Positions 9,155-16,849 of a DNA stretch of 36,559 bases are shown piece by piece. The DNA comes from a virus (lineage: Duplodnaviria > Heunggongvirae > Uroviricota > Caudoviricetes): IMG/VR virus record IMGVR_UViG_2724679237_000007, positions 1 to 36,559 of that record, one strand, 5' to 3'. The position numbers and the translations under genes were made by a program. The notes under the pieces were generated by a model. The model was given only the letters and a program-made list of their open reading frames with translations, searched no databases and was not told where the DNA came from. Every line of letters starts with the position of its first letter. The stretch's first letter is position 1.

Positions 9155-9185
9155 AGAAAAAGAAAAGCCACTCAAAGGGTGGCCT
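9155..9185 (-). terminator. Rho-independent terminator downstream of the repressor gene
   Basis: Minus strand GCCAC-cctttga-GTGGC followed by TTTTCTTTTTCT. Confidence 0.55.
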
Positions 9186-9205
9186 TGTGATAAACGTGGC
9201 GGGTG

Positions 9206-9883
9206 CTACTCGGGCATCCAGAGCGACGATTTAGCGATCCCGGCAACGTACTGGATATGTACCACCTGGTCTTTTTGCAGGCGAACAGGTAAGTGATTTT
9301 CGTTGACAGGCATCAAGTGATAAGCCCCGTCGCGTTCGAACAAAAAAACCTTCACCATCACTTCCCCCTGCGCAGTGACCACCAGCACTTCATCTCCGGG
9401 GGTATAGCTATGACCAGGTTCGATGATGACGTACTCACCTTCTTTAATCCGGGGCATCATCGAGTCCCCCACGCATTTTAACGCGTAGGCGTTCTCGTCT
9501 TGCGAAGGCCAGTGTATATACCCGTCCCCGCTTCCTACCGGGTATTGCATTTCGCTCCAGTAACCGCCATGCCCAAGCTGGGTATTTCCCAAAACAGGAA
9601 CTCCTCTAAACCGTAAAGTATCGGGTTTCCCCGGGACGGAATGTTGTTGCTCCCCAGTCTTCGGCATGCTGGTTTCCATCAAATCGGGGACGCTTACCCT
9701 AAAAAAATCAGCTACCTGCTTTATGAGCGGGTACTTCGGTTCTTTGTTTTCCCCTGAAAGCAGCCTGTGCATGGTGGGCTGCGGAATGCGTATCTGCTTA
9801 GCCAGTTCGGTCACGTTTGGTATGCCGCGTTTCGCCATTAAGTAATTGATATTTGAAATAAGTTTTTCAGTAGTAAAGCCCAT
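9206..9883 (-). CDS. cI: CI-like repressor (HTH + S24 LexA-like peptidase domain)
   Basis: 225 aa; N-terminal HTH (NVTELAKQIRIPQPTMHRLL) and C-terminal S24 peptidase motifs (GDSMMP Ser, downstream Lys); divergent from the Cro-like gene. Confidence 0.85.
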   Translation of the reverse strand: MGFTTEKLISNINYLMAKRGIPNVTELAKQIRIPQPTMHRLLSGENKEPKYPLIKQVADFFRVSVPDLMETSMPKTGEQQHSVPGKPDTLRFRGVPVLGNTQLGHGGYWSEMQYPVGSGDGYIHWPSQDENAYALKCVGDSMMPRIKEGEYVIIEPGHSYTPGDEVLVVTAQGEVMVKVFLFERDGAYHLMPVNENHLPVRLQKDQVVHIQYVAGIAKSSLWMPE

Positions 9884-9912
9884 AGCGATACCTGTGGATT
9901 CGGGTTATTCAA

Positions 9913-9988
9913 GACTGAATATTCTATACTGAATATATTACGCTGGTATTGCATTCATTATTGAATTATTATTGAATTCAATAATGAA
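9913..9988. promoter_or_regulatory. Operator region of the cI/cro switch
   Basis: Direct repeat ACTGAATAT x2 (9913-9940) and a long inverted repeat ATTCATTATTGAATT / AATTCAATAATGAAT (9953-9988) in the 130-bp divergent intergenic region. Confidence 0.5.
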
Positions 9989-10013
9989 TTTACAACCTTT
10001 GAGGATATGACAT

Positions 10014-10214
10014 ATGCGAACGCTGACCCCAAAAGAAATCATCGCGTCGCTGAACGACACAGGGCTTACGCAGGTAGACATTAAGAACCGGACCGGTATC
10101 AGCCAGGCTTCAATTAGCCGTATCGCGTCAGGTAAAAATAGGGACCCGCGTTTTTCGGTTGTTCGTGCGCTGGAAGCCTTGTATCAGGAAGTGACCGAAA
10201 CGAAAAAGGCGTAA
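10014..10214 (+). CDS. cro: Cro-like HTH transcriptional regulator
   Basis: 66 aa; first gene of the rightward operon opposite cI; HTH-like TGISQASISRIASGK; GAGGA RBS. Confidence 0.65.
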   Translation: MRTLTPKEIIASLNDTGLTQVDIKNRTGISQASISRIASGKNRDPRFSVVRALEALYQEVTETKKA

Positions 10215-10217
10215 CCC

Positions 10218-12521
10218 ATGGAAATACGCTATTCAACGGGGCAGTACGCCAGAGACGCCAGGCCTAAGCCGGGTATCTGTAAGAGCTTTGGGTCGTTCTA
10301 CTGGACGGTGCGTGGCCTGCGTCGGGCCATTGGCATCGAGCCAGAAGATACGCCGAACCAGATGCGTATCAAAAAGTCCCGTCTGCCCTATATCTGGCAC
10401 TCAATGCGGGATGTTGCAAACGGACGTAATGCGCTCAATGCTGGCGATCGCGATGCGCTGTTCCTCGATATGGACGGCTGCGACGAACCCACATGGCAGG
10501 CGCTGCGCAATGCGCTAACTTGCTTTTCCTGCTTCACCTACTCAACCCCCAGCCATCTGCACCCTGCCGTAAACGGCGAGCAGCGCTGGCGTATCTGCTT
10601 TGAGCTTGATCGCCCTGTTACGCCCGAAGAATACAAACGCCTTGGCCCGTCGCTGGAAAACTGGCTGATAGACTGTATCAGCCTGCTGGACGACTATGCC
10701 GTTAAGTGGGATCAGTCTGTCTATAACCCCGACCACATGGTTTACGGGCCTGACGAAAGCGCAGTGTTCGAGTGTTTCGAGGGGTCACCTGTCACCGTGG
10801 ATATTCTGCTGGCCAGCACAACGGAAATTACCTCACCTGAAAAAGCGCCGTCCGTTGACCACGATGATTTGTCGCGTGCTGTCGATCTGAACGGCATCAG
10901 TCACCAGACCTTCGACGACCTGCGCGAGGTGATGTGGCATCCGGCTGTGCTGGCTGACGCCCGTCCGAAAAGTGAGAAGCATGACGCATGGGCATCGATG
11001 GGGAATCGTCTGGCATGGTTCAAAGGTACCGACTGGGAAGATGCCGCGCGGCAACTATGGATCGACTGGTCAACCGCAGGCGGCGGCAGCGAAGAAGATA
11101 TCGCGGTAGCTGAAACGCGCTGGGATGAGAATAAGCTGAAAGCAGACCGTACCGGTTACCAGGCTATTTTTGCCCATGCGCAGAAATCTGGTGTCGCTAA
11201 CCCGGCGGTTGACCGTCTGCGTGGTTCTGTTGCCAGCGTGGACGATTTCGACGATTTGACAAATACCGACATAGCCGAGCCTGCGCCGTTACCGGCTTTT
11301 CGTAGAGATAATAAGGGAGACATCGAAGCGATCCTTGATAATGTTGTGCTGGCTCTGATGCGTCCGGATTTTACGGGTGTAGCCATACGCTACGACATAT
11401 TCAGGGATGCGCTTATGCTGGCACCGGCGGAAACTGATGGCTGGCGTGCTTTCGGGGATGAGGATTATAGCGAGCTTCGGATACTGCTTTCTCGTCGCAG
11501 TTTTAAAGAAGTTAGTAAAGAGTTGATGCGTGATGCGGTGTTTACGGTAGCAAAACGGCAGCCGTTCGACTCGGCGACAACCTGGCTGAACGGGCTGGAG
11601 TGGGACGGCGTGCCGCGCATCGAATCTTTCTACCATACGCACTTTGGTACCGCTGATACGACGTACACCCGGGCGGTGTCCCTGTACATGTGGACGGCGC
11701 TGGCGGGCAGGGTGCTGGAGTCCGGCGTTAAAGCTGATATGGTGCCGATCCTCGTCGGCGCTCAGGGACTGCGTAAATCAGCTGGGATTGCAGCTCTTTC
11801 GCCAGATCCGGAATTCTTTGCCGATATTTCGTTTGCTGATAAAGATGACGACCTCGCGCGCAAGATGCGAGGCTGTTTAGTCGCGGAGATAAGTGAGTTG
11901 CGTGGCCTGAACACAAAAGATCTTGAGTCAATAAAGGCATGGGTAACGCGAACCCACGATAAATGGGTTCCGAAATTTAAGGAGTTTACGACCATCTTTG
12001 CTCGTCGTGGTATTCCTTTGGGGTCCTCTAACGAAGATGAATTCCTCGCGGATAAGACCGGTAACCGCCGCTGGTTGCCTGTAGACGTCATCAACATGGT
12101 TGATACAGATGCTATTAAGCGCGATTTACCGCTGCTGTGGGCGGAGGCCCGCGAGACGTTTAAGCGCCTCGGCGGCATCCAGTTCCGCGATGCTGAGCGC
12201 CTCGGCGCAACTGTCCACGAGCAGTACACCATTAAGGACGCCTGGCTCGAAACGGTCGAGAAATGGCTCGATACCCCTGACCTGATGACTAACGACATTC
12301 CGCGAAATTGCGAATTTTTACGCGCAAGCGACGTTTTACGGGAGGCGATCGGCCTTGACCCGCGGAATATCGGAAAGCGTGAAGAAATGCGAATTAGCAA
12401 TGTTTTGCAAAATTGCGGTTATAAGCGCGAAACACGACGTGTTGAAGGCAAGTTAATGAAGGTTTGGATAGCAGCGTTACCACCTGTTACCACCTGTAAG
12501 GGCAAGGTGGTAACAAATTAA
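10218..12521 (+). CDS. DNA primase (primase-polymerase-like N-terminus with VirE/P4-type P-loop C-terminal domain)
   Basis: 767 aa; C-terminal ILVGAQGLRKSAG (Walker A) and VirE-like region; lies between cro and the iteron array. Confidence 0.7.
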   Translation: MEIRYSTGQYARDARPKPGICKSFGSFYWTVRGLRRAIGIEPEDTPNQMRIKKSRLPYIWHSMRDVANGRNALNAGDRDALFLDMDGCDEPTWQALRNALTCFSCFTYSTPSHLHPAVNGEQRWRICFELDRPVTPEEYKRLGPSLENWLIDCISLLDDYAVKWDQSVYNPDHMVYGPDESAVFECFEGSPVTVDILLASTTEITSPEKAPSVDHDDLSRAVDLNGISHQTFDDLREVMWHPAVLADARPKSEKHDAWASMGNRLAWFKGTDWEDAARQLWIDWSTAGGGSEEDIAVAETRWDENKLKADRTGYQAIFAHAQKSGVANPAVDRLRGSVASVDDFDDLTNTDIAEPAPLPAFRRDNKGDIEAILDNVVLALMRPDFTGVAIRYDIFRDALMLAPAETDGWRAFGDEDYSELRILLSRRSFKEVSKELMRDAVFTVAKRQPFDSATTWLNGLEWDGVPRIESFYHTHFGTADTTYTRAVSLYMWTALAGRVLESGVKADMVPILVGAQGLRKSAGIAALSPDPEFFADISFADKDDDLARKMRGCLVAEISELRGLNTKDLESIKAWVTRTHDKWVPKFKEFTTIFARRGIPLGSSNEDEFLADKTGNRRWLPVDVINMVDTDAIKRDLPLLWAEARETFKRLGGIQFRDAERLGATVHEQYTIKDAWLETVEKWLDTPDLMTNDIPRNCEFLRASDVLREAIGLDPRNIGKREEMRISNVLQNCGYKRETRRVEGKLMKVWIAALPPVTTCKGKVVTN

Positions 12522-12643
12522 CTGTATGAAATTTAAGGGTTGTTACCACCGTTACCACCGTTACCACCTATTACTATATATGTGCGCGTAATATATATAG
12601 GTCAGTTTAGAACTTAGTATAAACAGGTGGTTACGGTGGTAAC
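12476..12643. repeat. Iteron array (GTTACCACC / GGTGGTAAC) flanking an AT-rich core; putative replication origin
   Basis: GTTACCACC at 12476, 12486, 12542, 12551, 12560; inverted GGTGGTAAC at 12506 and 12635 plus variant GGTGGTTAC at 12626; AT-rich tattactatatatgtgcgcgtaatatatatag (12569-12600); A9 run at 12648-12656. Overlaps the last codons of the primase gene. Confidence 0.55.
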
Positions 12644-12679
12644 AGGTAAAAAAAAACTCCCAAAAACAAGGTAAATAGC

Positions 12680-12907
12680 ATGAAAATTTCAGGATTAAAA
12701 AACCATATCGACGGAAATAACGAAGTTGCCTGTCCGCGCTGTGCGAGTAATCAGGTTTTTATTCGCAATGTTGCCATGCGAGCGCATGAAAATGGCGCGA
12801 CGGTAGTAATTAACCTCGGTTGCTCTGTCTGTGATGACAACTTCCAGCTTGATTTATCCGACGGGCCAAACACCAGTGTTAGGGGGCACCTGGAGTTCAA
12901 CGAGTAA
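12680..12907 (+). CDS. Small zinc-ribbon-like hypothetical protein
   Basis: 75 aa with CPRC...CSVC paired Cys motifs. Confidence 0.45.
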   Translation: MKISGLKNHIDGNNEVACPRCASNQVFIRNVAMRAHENGATVVINLGCSVCDDNFQLDLSDGPNTSVRGHLEFNE

Positions 12908-12956
12908 AGCGCAGTAGAAAAATTTTTTTGTAGCAAAACGTAGAGGGCGGTTAATT

Positions 12957-13379
12957 ATGCGCAGAGATATGCAACTTGTTCTGGAGCGGTGGGGGCGGTG
13001 GGCTGCGAGCGAGGAATACTGTTCAATGGTTGACTGGCCCTCGATGTCGGTGACACCTCAACGTGTACCGTTCAGCGGAAAGCCCGGCTGCACCGACGAG
13101 GACGGCGCGGCAATTGACACCTGCATCGCGCATATGAGTATGGTTTGTCCGCATGACGACCTGCTGATCCTTGGCTTACGTTTCATAGGCGGTTTATCAA
13201 CGCGTTCAATCGCCGAGGCAATGCAGTGCAGCCACCTTAGTGTAAGAACGTCCCTGAGGGCATCTGAGGCGTTTTTATCGGGGGCTCTGACCCTGCAGGG
13301 GATCAGACTGGATATGGACTACGAAGTTGCATTACCTGAAAACGTTGTGTGCGCACAAAAACATGTGTTATGGTTGTAG
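12957..13379 (+). CDS. Late-gene antiterminator (Q-like)
   Basis: 140 aa starting MRRDMQLVLERWGRWAA, resembling the conserved N-terminus of one Q antiterminator family; sits directly upstream of lysis and virion genes, followed by a terminator. Confidence 0.55.
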   Translation: MRRDMQLVLERWGRWAASEEYCSMVDWPSMSVTPQRVPFSGKPGCTDEDGAAIDTCIAHMSMVCPHDDLLILGLRFIGGLSTRSIAEAMQCSHLSVRTSLRASEAFLSGALTLQGIRLDMDYEVALPENVVCAQKHVLWL

Positions 13380-13406
13380 CGTCTGGAATTGTATTCCGAC
13401 TTCTGA

Positions 13407-13440
13407 AAGGCTCCACTAACCCCGGAGCTTTTTTCTTTTC
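13407..13440 (+). terminator. Rho-independent terminator (candidate tR'-like)
   Basis: aaGGCTCC-actaacccc-GGAGCTTTTTTCTTTT immediately after the Q-like gene. Confidence 0.55.
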
Positions 13441-13773
13441 GCCTTCCTGGGGAAAAGTTAATAAAACAGGGCTTTCGCTGCGAAAAAACGCTATGCAATT
13501 TGCACCCTGTTTTATGCACGATTTATTCACTCGTTTTTGTCCGTTTCGGACCACTTAACCCGCGTAAATACGTCATTCGCTGCAATCCGGCGGCGAGTGC
13601 CGATCGCGTGGTTCTTAATGTACATTATGTTAAATAAGGCCATTTTTTAACAAATTATCACCGTAGTCTACGGTTCGTCCGCAGGTTTGGCCATTGCCGG
13701 GTAGTGCAATATTTCCACTCACATTTTTCACATAACGGCCCGGCGTTCGCGTCTGCTGGCCGGGGATATTTAT

Positions 13774-14148
13774 ATGCCTAATTCACCGCCAACGCTGGCG
13801 TTAATCCTTGAAATGTACCGCCAGCACAAGACCCCGTTCGACCTGTTTCTGCTGGTGCTGGCGGGTGTGTTCGTCCGCATTTTTTACTGGGGCGGTAAAT
13901 TGCGCGAAGCGTGTGGCGATGTGCTCATCGGCACCACCATCATGATTTTCGTTGCAGCGCGGGTGCCAAATATCGTGCTGAATCTGCCGGAAATTGGCGC
14001 AGTGACGGTCAATCACAACGAACTGGCATTCGTCATCGGGATGCTGGGGTACAAAGGCTTTAAAGAAGTGGCGTTCTGGGTGCTGAAAAAACGGTTCGGT
14101 ATCGACGTTCAGGCGCTCAGGCAGAAAAAACAGGAGAGCAATCAATGA
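13774..14148 (+). CDS. Holin (putative)
   Basis: 124 aa with hydrophobic transmembrane segments and a charged C-terminus; immediately precedes and overlaps the endolysin start. Confidence 0.6.
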   Translation: MPNSPPTLALILEMYRQHKTPFDLFLLVLAGVFVRIFYWGGKLREACGDVLIGTTIMIFVAARVPNIVLNLPEIGAVTVNHNELAFVIGMLGYKGFKEVAFWVLKKRFGIDVQALRQKKQESNQ

Positions 14149-14531
14149 CGTTTAAATTTTCGGCACGCAGTGAAAAAAATCTGGTCGGCGTACACCCTGA
14201 ATTAGTGAAAGTGATGCGTCGCGCGCTGGAGCTGTCGACCGTGGATTTTGGTATTACGGAAGGGTTGCGTATGGTTGAGCGTCAGAAGCAACTGGTGGCG
14301 GAAGGCAAATCGCAAACGATGAATTCGCGACACCTGACCGGGCACGCCGTGGATGTTTTTGCTTATCCGACGCCAGCAGGTAGCTGGGAGTGGACGTATT
14401 ACCAGCAGATCGCCAACGTCGTGAAACAAGTTAGCCGGGAGCTGCATATCCCCGTAGAGTGGGGTGGGGACTGGAAAACGCTGAAAGACGGGCCGCATTT
14501 TCAGTTGCTGTACGCGCAATATCCAGCATAG
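14145..14531 (+). CDS. Endolysin, peptidase M15 family (L-alanyl-D-glutamate peptidase type)
   Basis: 128 aa; SRHLTGHAVDV...DGPHFQL zinc-ligand pattern of M15 peptidases. Confidence 0.8.
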   Translation: MTFKFSARSEKNLVGVHPELVKVMRRALELSTVDFGITEGLRMVERQKQLVAEGKSQTMNSRHLTGHAVDVFAYPTPAGSWEWTYYQQIANVVKQVSRELHIPVEWGGDWKTLKDGPHFQLLYAQYPA

Positions 14532-14543
14532 GGAGGCCTGGTC

Positions 14544-15086
14544 ATGGCTAAGAGCCTGAAAGCAAAGCATGAGATGTTTTGCCGGGAGTTTCTGGTCGAT
14601 CTGAATGCTACGCAGGCTGCCGTCCGCGTCGGGTACGCCGTAAAGCGTGCGCACGTAACCAGCGCTGAACTGATGGCTAATCCTGGTATCCAGCAGCGCA
14701 TCAATGAACTCAAAGAGCAGCGCAACGAGCGCACCGACATCAACGTCGATTATGTTCTGCGTCGCCTGGCGGAAATCGATCAGATGGATGTTGCCGATAT
14801 TCTCGCTGACGGCGGCGGGCTGAAGCCAATTTGCGACTGGCCGAAAGTGTGGCGCACGTCGCTGTGCGGGCTGGATATCGAGTCTGCGACCGTCAATCAC
14901 GACGAAACTACCACTGAGTACATTCTGAAAAAGATCAAGTGGCCGGACAAAGTGAAGAACCTGGCGCTGTTGGGCAAGCACGTTAACGTCAACGCCTTTA
15001 AAGAAGTGCATGAACATAACGTCAATGTGACGTTGGCCGATCGTATGGCAAAAGCCCGCAGGCGTGCGGCGGGAGGTGGCGATTGA
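14544..15086 (+). CDS. terS: Terminase small subunit
   Basis: 180 aa; N-terminal KHEMFCREFLVDLNATQAAVRVGY typical of Terminase_2-type small subunits; overlaps the TerL start. Confidence 0.75.
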   Translation: MAKSLKAKHEMFCREFLVDLNATQAAVRVGYAVKRAHVTSAELMANPGIQQRINELKEQRNERTDINVDYVLRRLAEIDQMDVADILADGGGLKPICDWPKVWRTSLCGLDIESATVNHDETTTEYILKKIKWPDKVKNLALLGKHVNVNAFKEVHEHNVNVTLADRMAKARRRAAGGGD

Positions 15087-16591
15087 TTGATGAGGGGCAA
15101 CAACATCCAAAAGGCAGGACGGATGCCGATATCGAAGCCCAGCTCATCGATGATATCGCCAGATTTACCCACGATCCGCTTGGATATGCGAAATATGCGT
15201 TTCCGTGGGGTGAGGTGGGTACTGAGTTGTCGCACGCTAGCGGGCCGCGTAAGTGGCAAGATGAAGCGTTCGCGGAACTGGGCCAGCATCTGCAGAATCC
15301 TGAAACCCGCCACCAGCCGTTTCAGATGTCGCGTGCATCAGGGCACGGTATTGGAAAATCCGCGTTTATCTCGATGCTGATCAACTGGGGAATGGCGACG
15401 TGCGAGGACTGTAAAGTTGTGGTCACGGCTAACACTGAAAATCAGTTGCACACGAAGACCTGGCCGGAAGTTATCAAGTGGTCAAATTTGGCGATTAACT
15501 CGCACTGGTTCACCTGCACTGCGACGGCGATGTACAGCAATGCTGCGGGGCATGATAAACGCTGGCGTGCTGACGCCATCCCATGGAGTGAGCACAACAC
15601 CGAAGCGTTCGCCGGGTTGCATAACGAACGTAAGCGCATCATCGTTATTTTTGACGAAGCATCAAATATCGCGGATCTTGTATGGGAAGTAGCCGAAGGC
15701 GCGCTGACAGATGAAGATACCGAAATTATTTGGGTGGCGTTTGGTAACCCGACGCGCAATGTTGGCCGGTTCCGCGAGTGTTTCCGTAAGCACAAGCACC
15801 GCTGGCGCGGTAAACAAATTGACAGCCGCATGGTCGAGGGTACCAACAAAGAGCAAATTCAGAAATGGGAAGAGGATTACGGCGAGGATAGCGACTTTTT
15901 CAAAGTTCGCGTTCGTGGCCAGTTTCCATCTTCTTCTGAGAAACAGTTTATTTCTTCCTCTCTCACCGATGCCGCAGTGGGCCGAGTGATCCCCGCGCGG
16001 GATGTTGCCCACGCCCCAATTATCCTCGGCGTTGACCCGGCTGATCGAGGCGTCGACCCGGCAGTTATATATTTACGCCAGGGCTTGCACTGCAAGAAAA
16101 AGGGGGAGTGGCAACGTACGGACGATAATATCTGGTTCGCAAAAATAATTGCCGACATTGAAGATGAAACAGGTGCCGATGCTGTATTTCTCGATTACGC
16201 ATATGGTACCGGGCTGAAGTCAATCGGTGACAGTTGGGGGCGAACCTGGATCTTGGTTCATTTCGGCAGCGCATCAGCAGACCCTGAGATGGCTAACAAG
16301 CGCGGTGAGATGTACAAAGCCGCGCGTGATGCACTGGATGACGGTGCGCAACTGGACAGCCAGGACTTGGCCGACGAGCTGAGCGCGCCAGAGTACAAAG
16401 TGCGGCTAAAAGACAGTCGTAAGGTTCTGCAGGAAAAAGAAGAGGTCAAGGAACTTCTTGGTCGATCACCGAACAATGCCGACGCCTACGTGCTGACCTA
16501 TGCCGCACCCGTCGTTAAAAAATCAATGCTTCCCCCGAATTATCAGCTTGGAAAAACCATTTCCGATTACGACCCCTACGCCAGCGCCTGA
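15083..16591 (+). CDS. terL: Terminase large subunit
   Basis: 502 aa; Walker A GHGIGKS, ATPase and nuclease regions. Confidence 0.85.
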   Translation: MIDEGQQHPKGRTDADIEAQLIDDIARFTHDPLGYAKYAFPWGEVGTELSHASGPRKWQDEAFAELGQHLQNPETRHQPFQMSRASGHGIGKSAFISMLINWGMATCEDCKVVVTANTENQLHTKTWPEVIKWSNLAINSHWFTCTATAMYSNAAGHDKRWRADAIPWSEHNTEAFAGLHNERKRIIVIFDEASNIADLVWEVAEGALTDEDTEIIWVAFGNPTRNVGRFRECFRKHKHRWRGKQIDSRMVEGTNKEQIQKWEEDYGEDSDFFKVRVRGQFPSSSEKQFISSSLTDAAVGRVIPARDVAHAPIILGVDPADRGVDPAVIYLRQGLHCKKKGEWQRTDDNIWFAKIIADIEDETGADAVFLDYAYGTGLKSIGDSWGRTWILVHFGSASADPEMANKRGEMYKAARDALDDGAQLDSQDLADELSAPEYKVRLKDSRKVLQEKEEVKELLGRSPNNADAYVLTYAAPVVKKSMLPPNYQLGKTISDYDPYASA

Positions 16592-16631
16592 CGCGCTGCG
16601 ACCATTTCATTACTCAATCAGGAGACCTTCC

Positions 16632-16838
16632 ATGTGTGTTGGTTCAAAACCTTCCGCGCCCGCTGCGCCTGAAATCCAGGCCGCGCCGCAGGAACAGGAT
16701 CAGTCCGTTATCGATGCCCGCGACGAAGAGACGCGCCGCCGCCGTGCTGCTGCCGGGCGAAGCTCCACGCTATTAACCGGCTCGCAGGGCGACACATCCA
16801 CAGCAAAGACCAGCGGTAAAACTCTGCTTGGTCAGTGA
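16632..16838 (+). CDS. Hypothetical small protein
   Basis: 68 aa from the internal ATG at 16632 with AGGAGA RBS; low complexity (Ala/Pro-rich); the upstream part of the track ORF overlaps TerL. Confidence 0.35.
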   Translation: MCVGSKPSAPAAPEIQAAPQEQDQSVIDARDEETRRRRAAAGRSSTLLTGSQGDTSTAKTSGKTLLGQ

Positions 16839-16849
16839 GGCGATGACCA

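Noticed and set aside
11762-12400. 212-aa minus-strand ORF
   Set aside because: Lies entirely inside the primase gene on the opposite strand; Ser/Arg-rich; no support.
12476-12643. CRISPR array
   Set aside because: The repeats are only 9 bp, partly inverted, and have no unique spacers of regular length; this is an iteron pattern.
14202-15110. 302-aa minus-strand ORF
   Set aside because: Antisense to the endolysin and terminase small-subunit genes; Arg/His-rich with no recognisable domains; typical shadow ORF in GC-rich coding DNA.
16500-16631. Upstream extension of the small ORF after the terminase
   Set aside because: Overlaps the terminase large-subunit coding region in another frame; the internal ATG at 16632 with an AGGAGA RBS is the more credible start.
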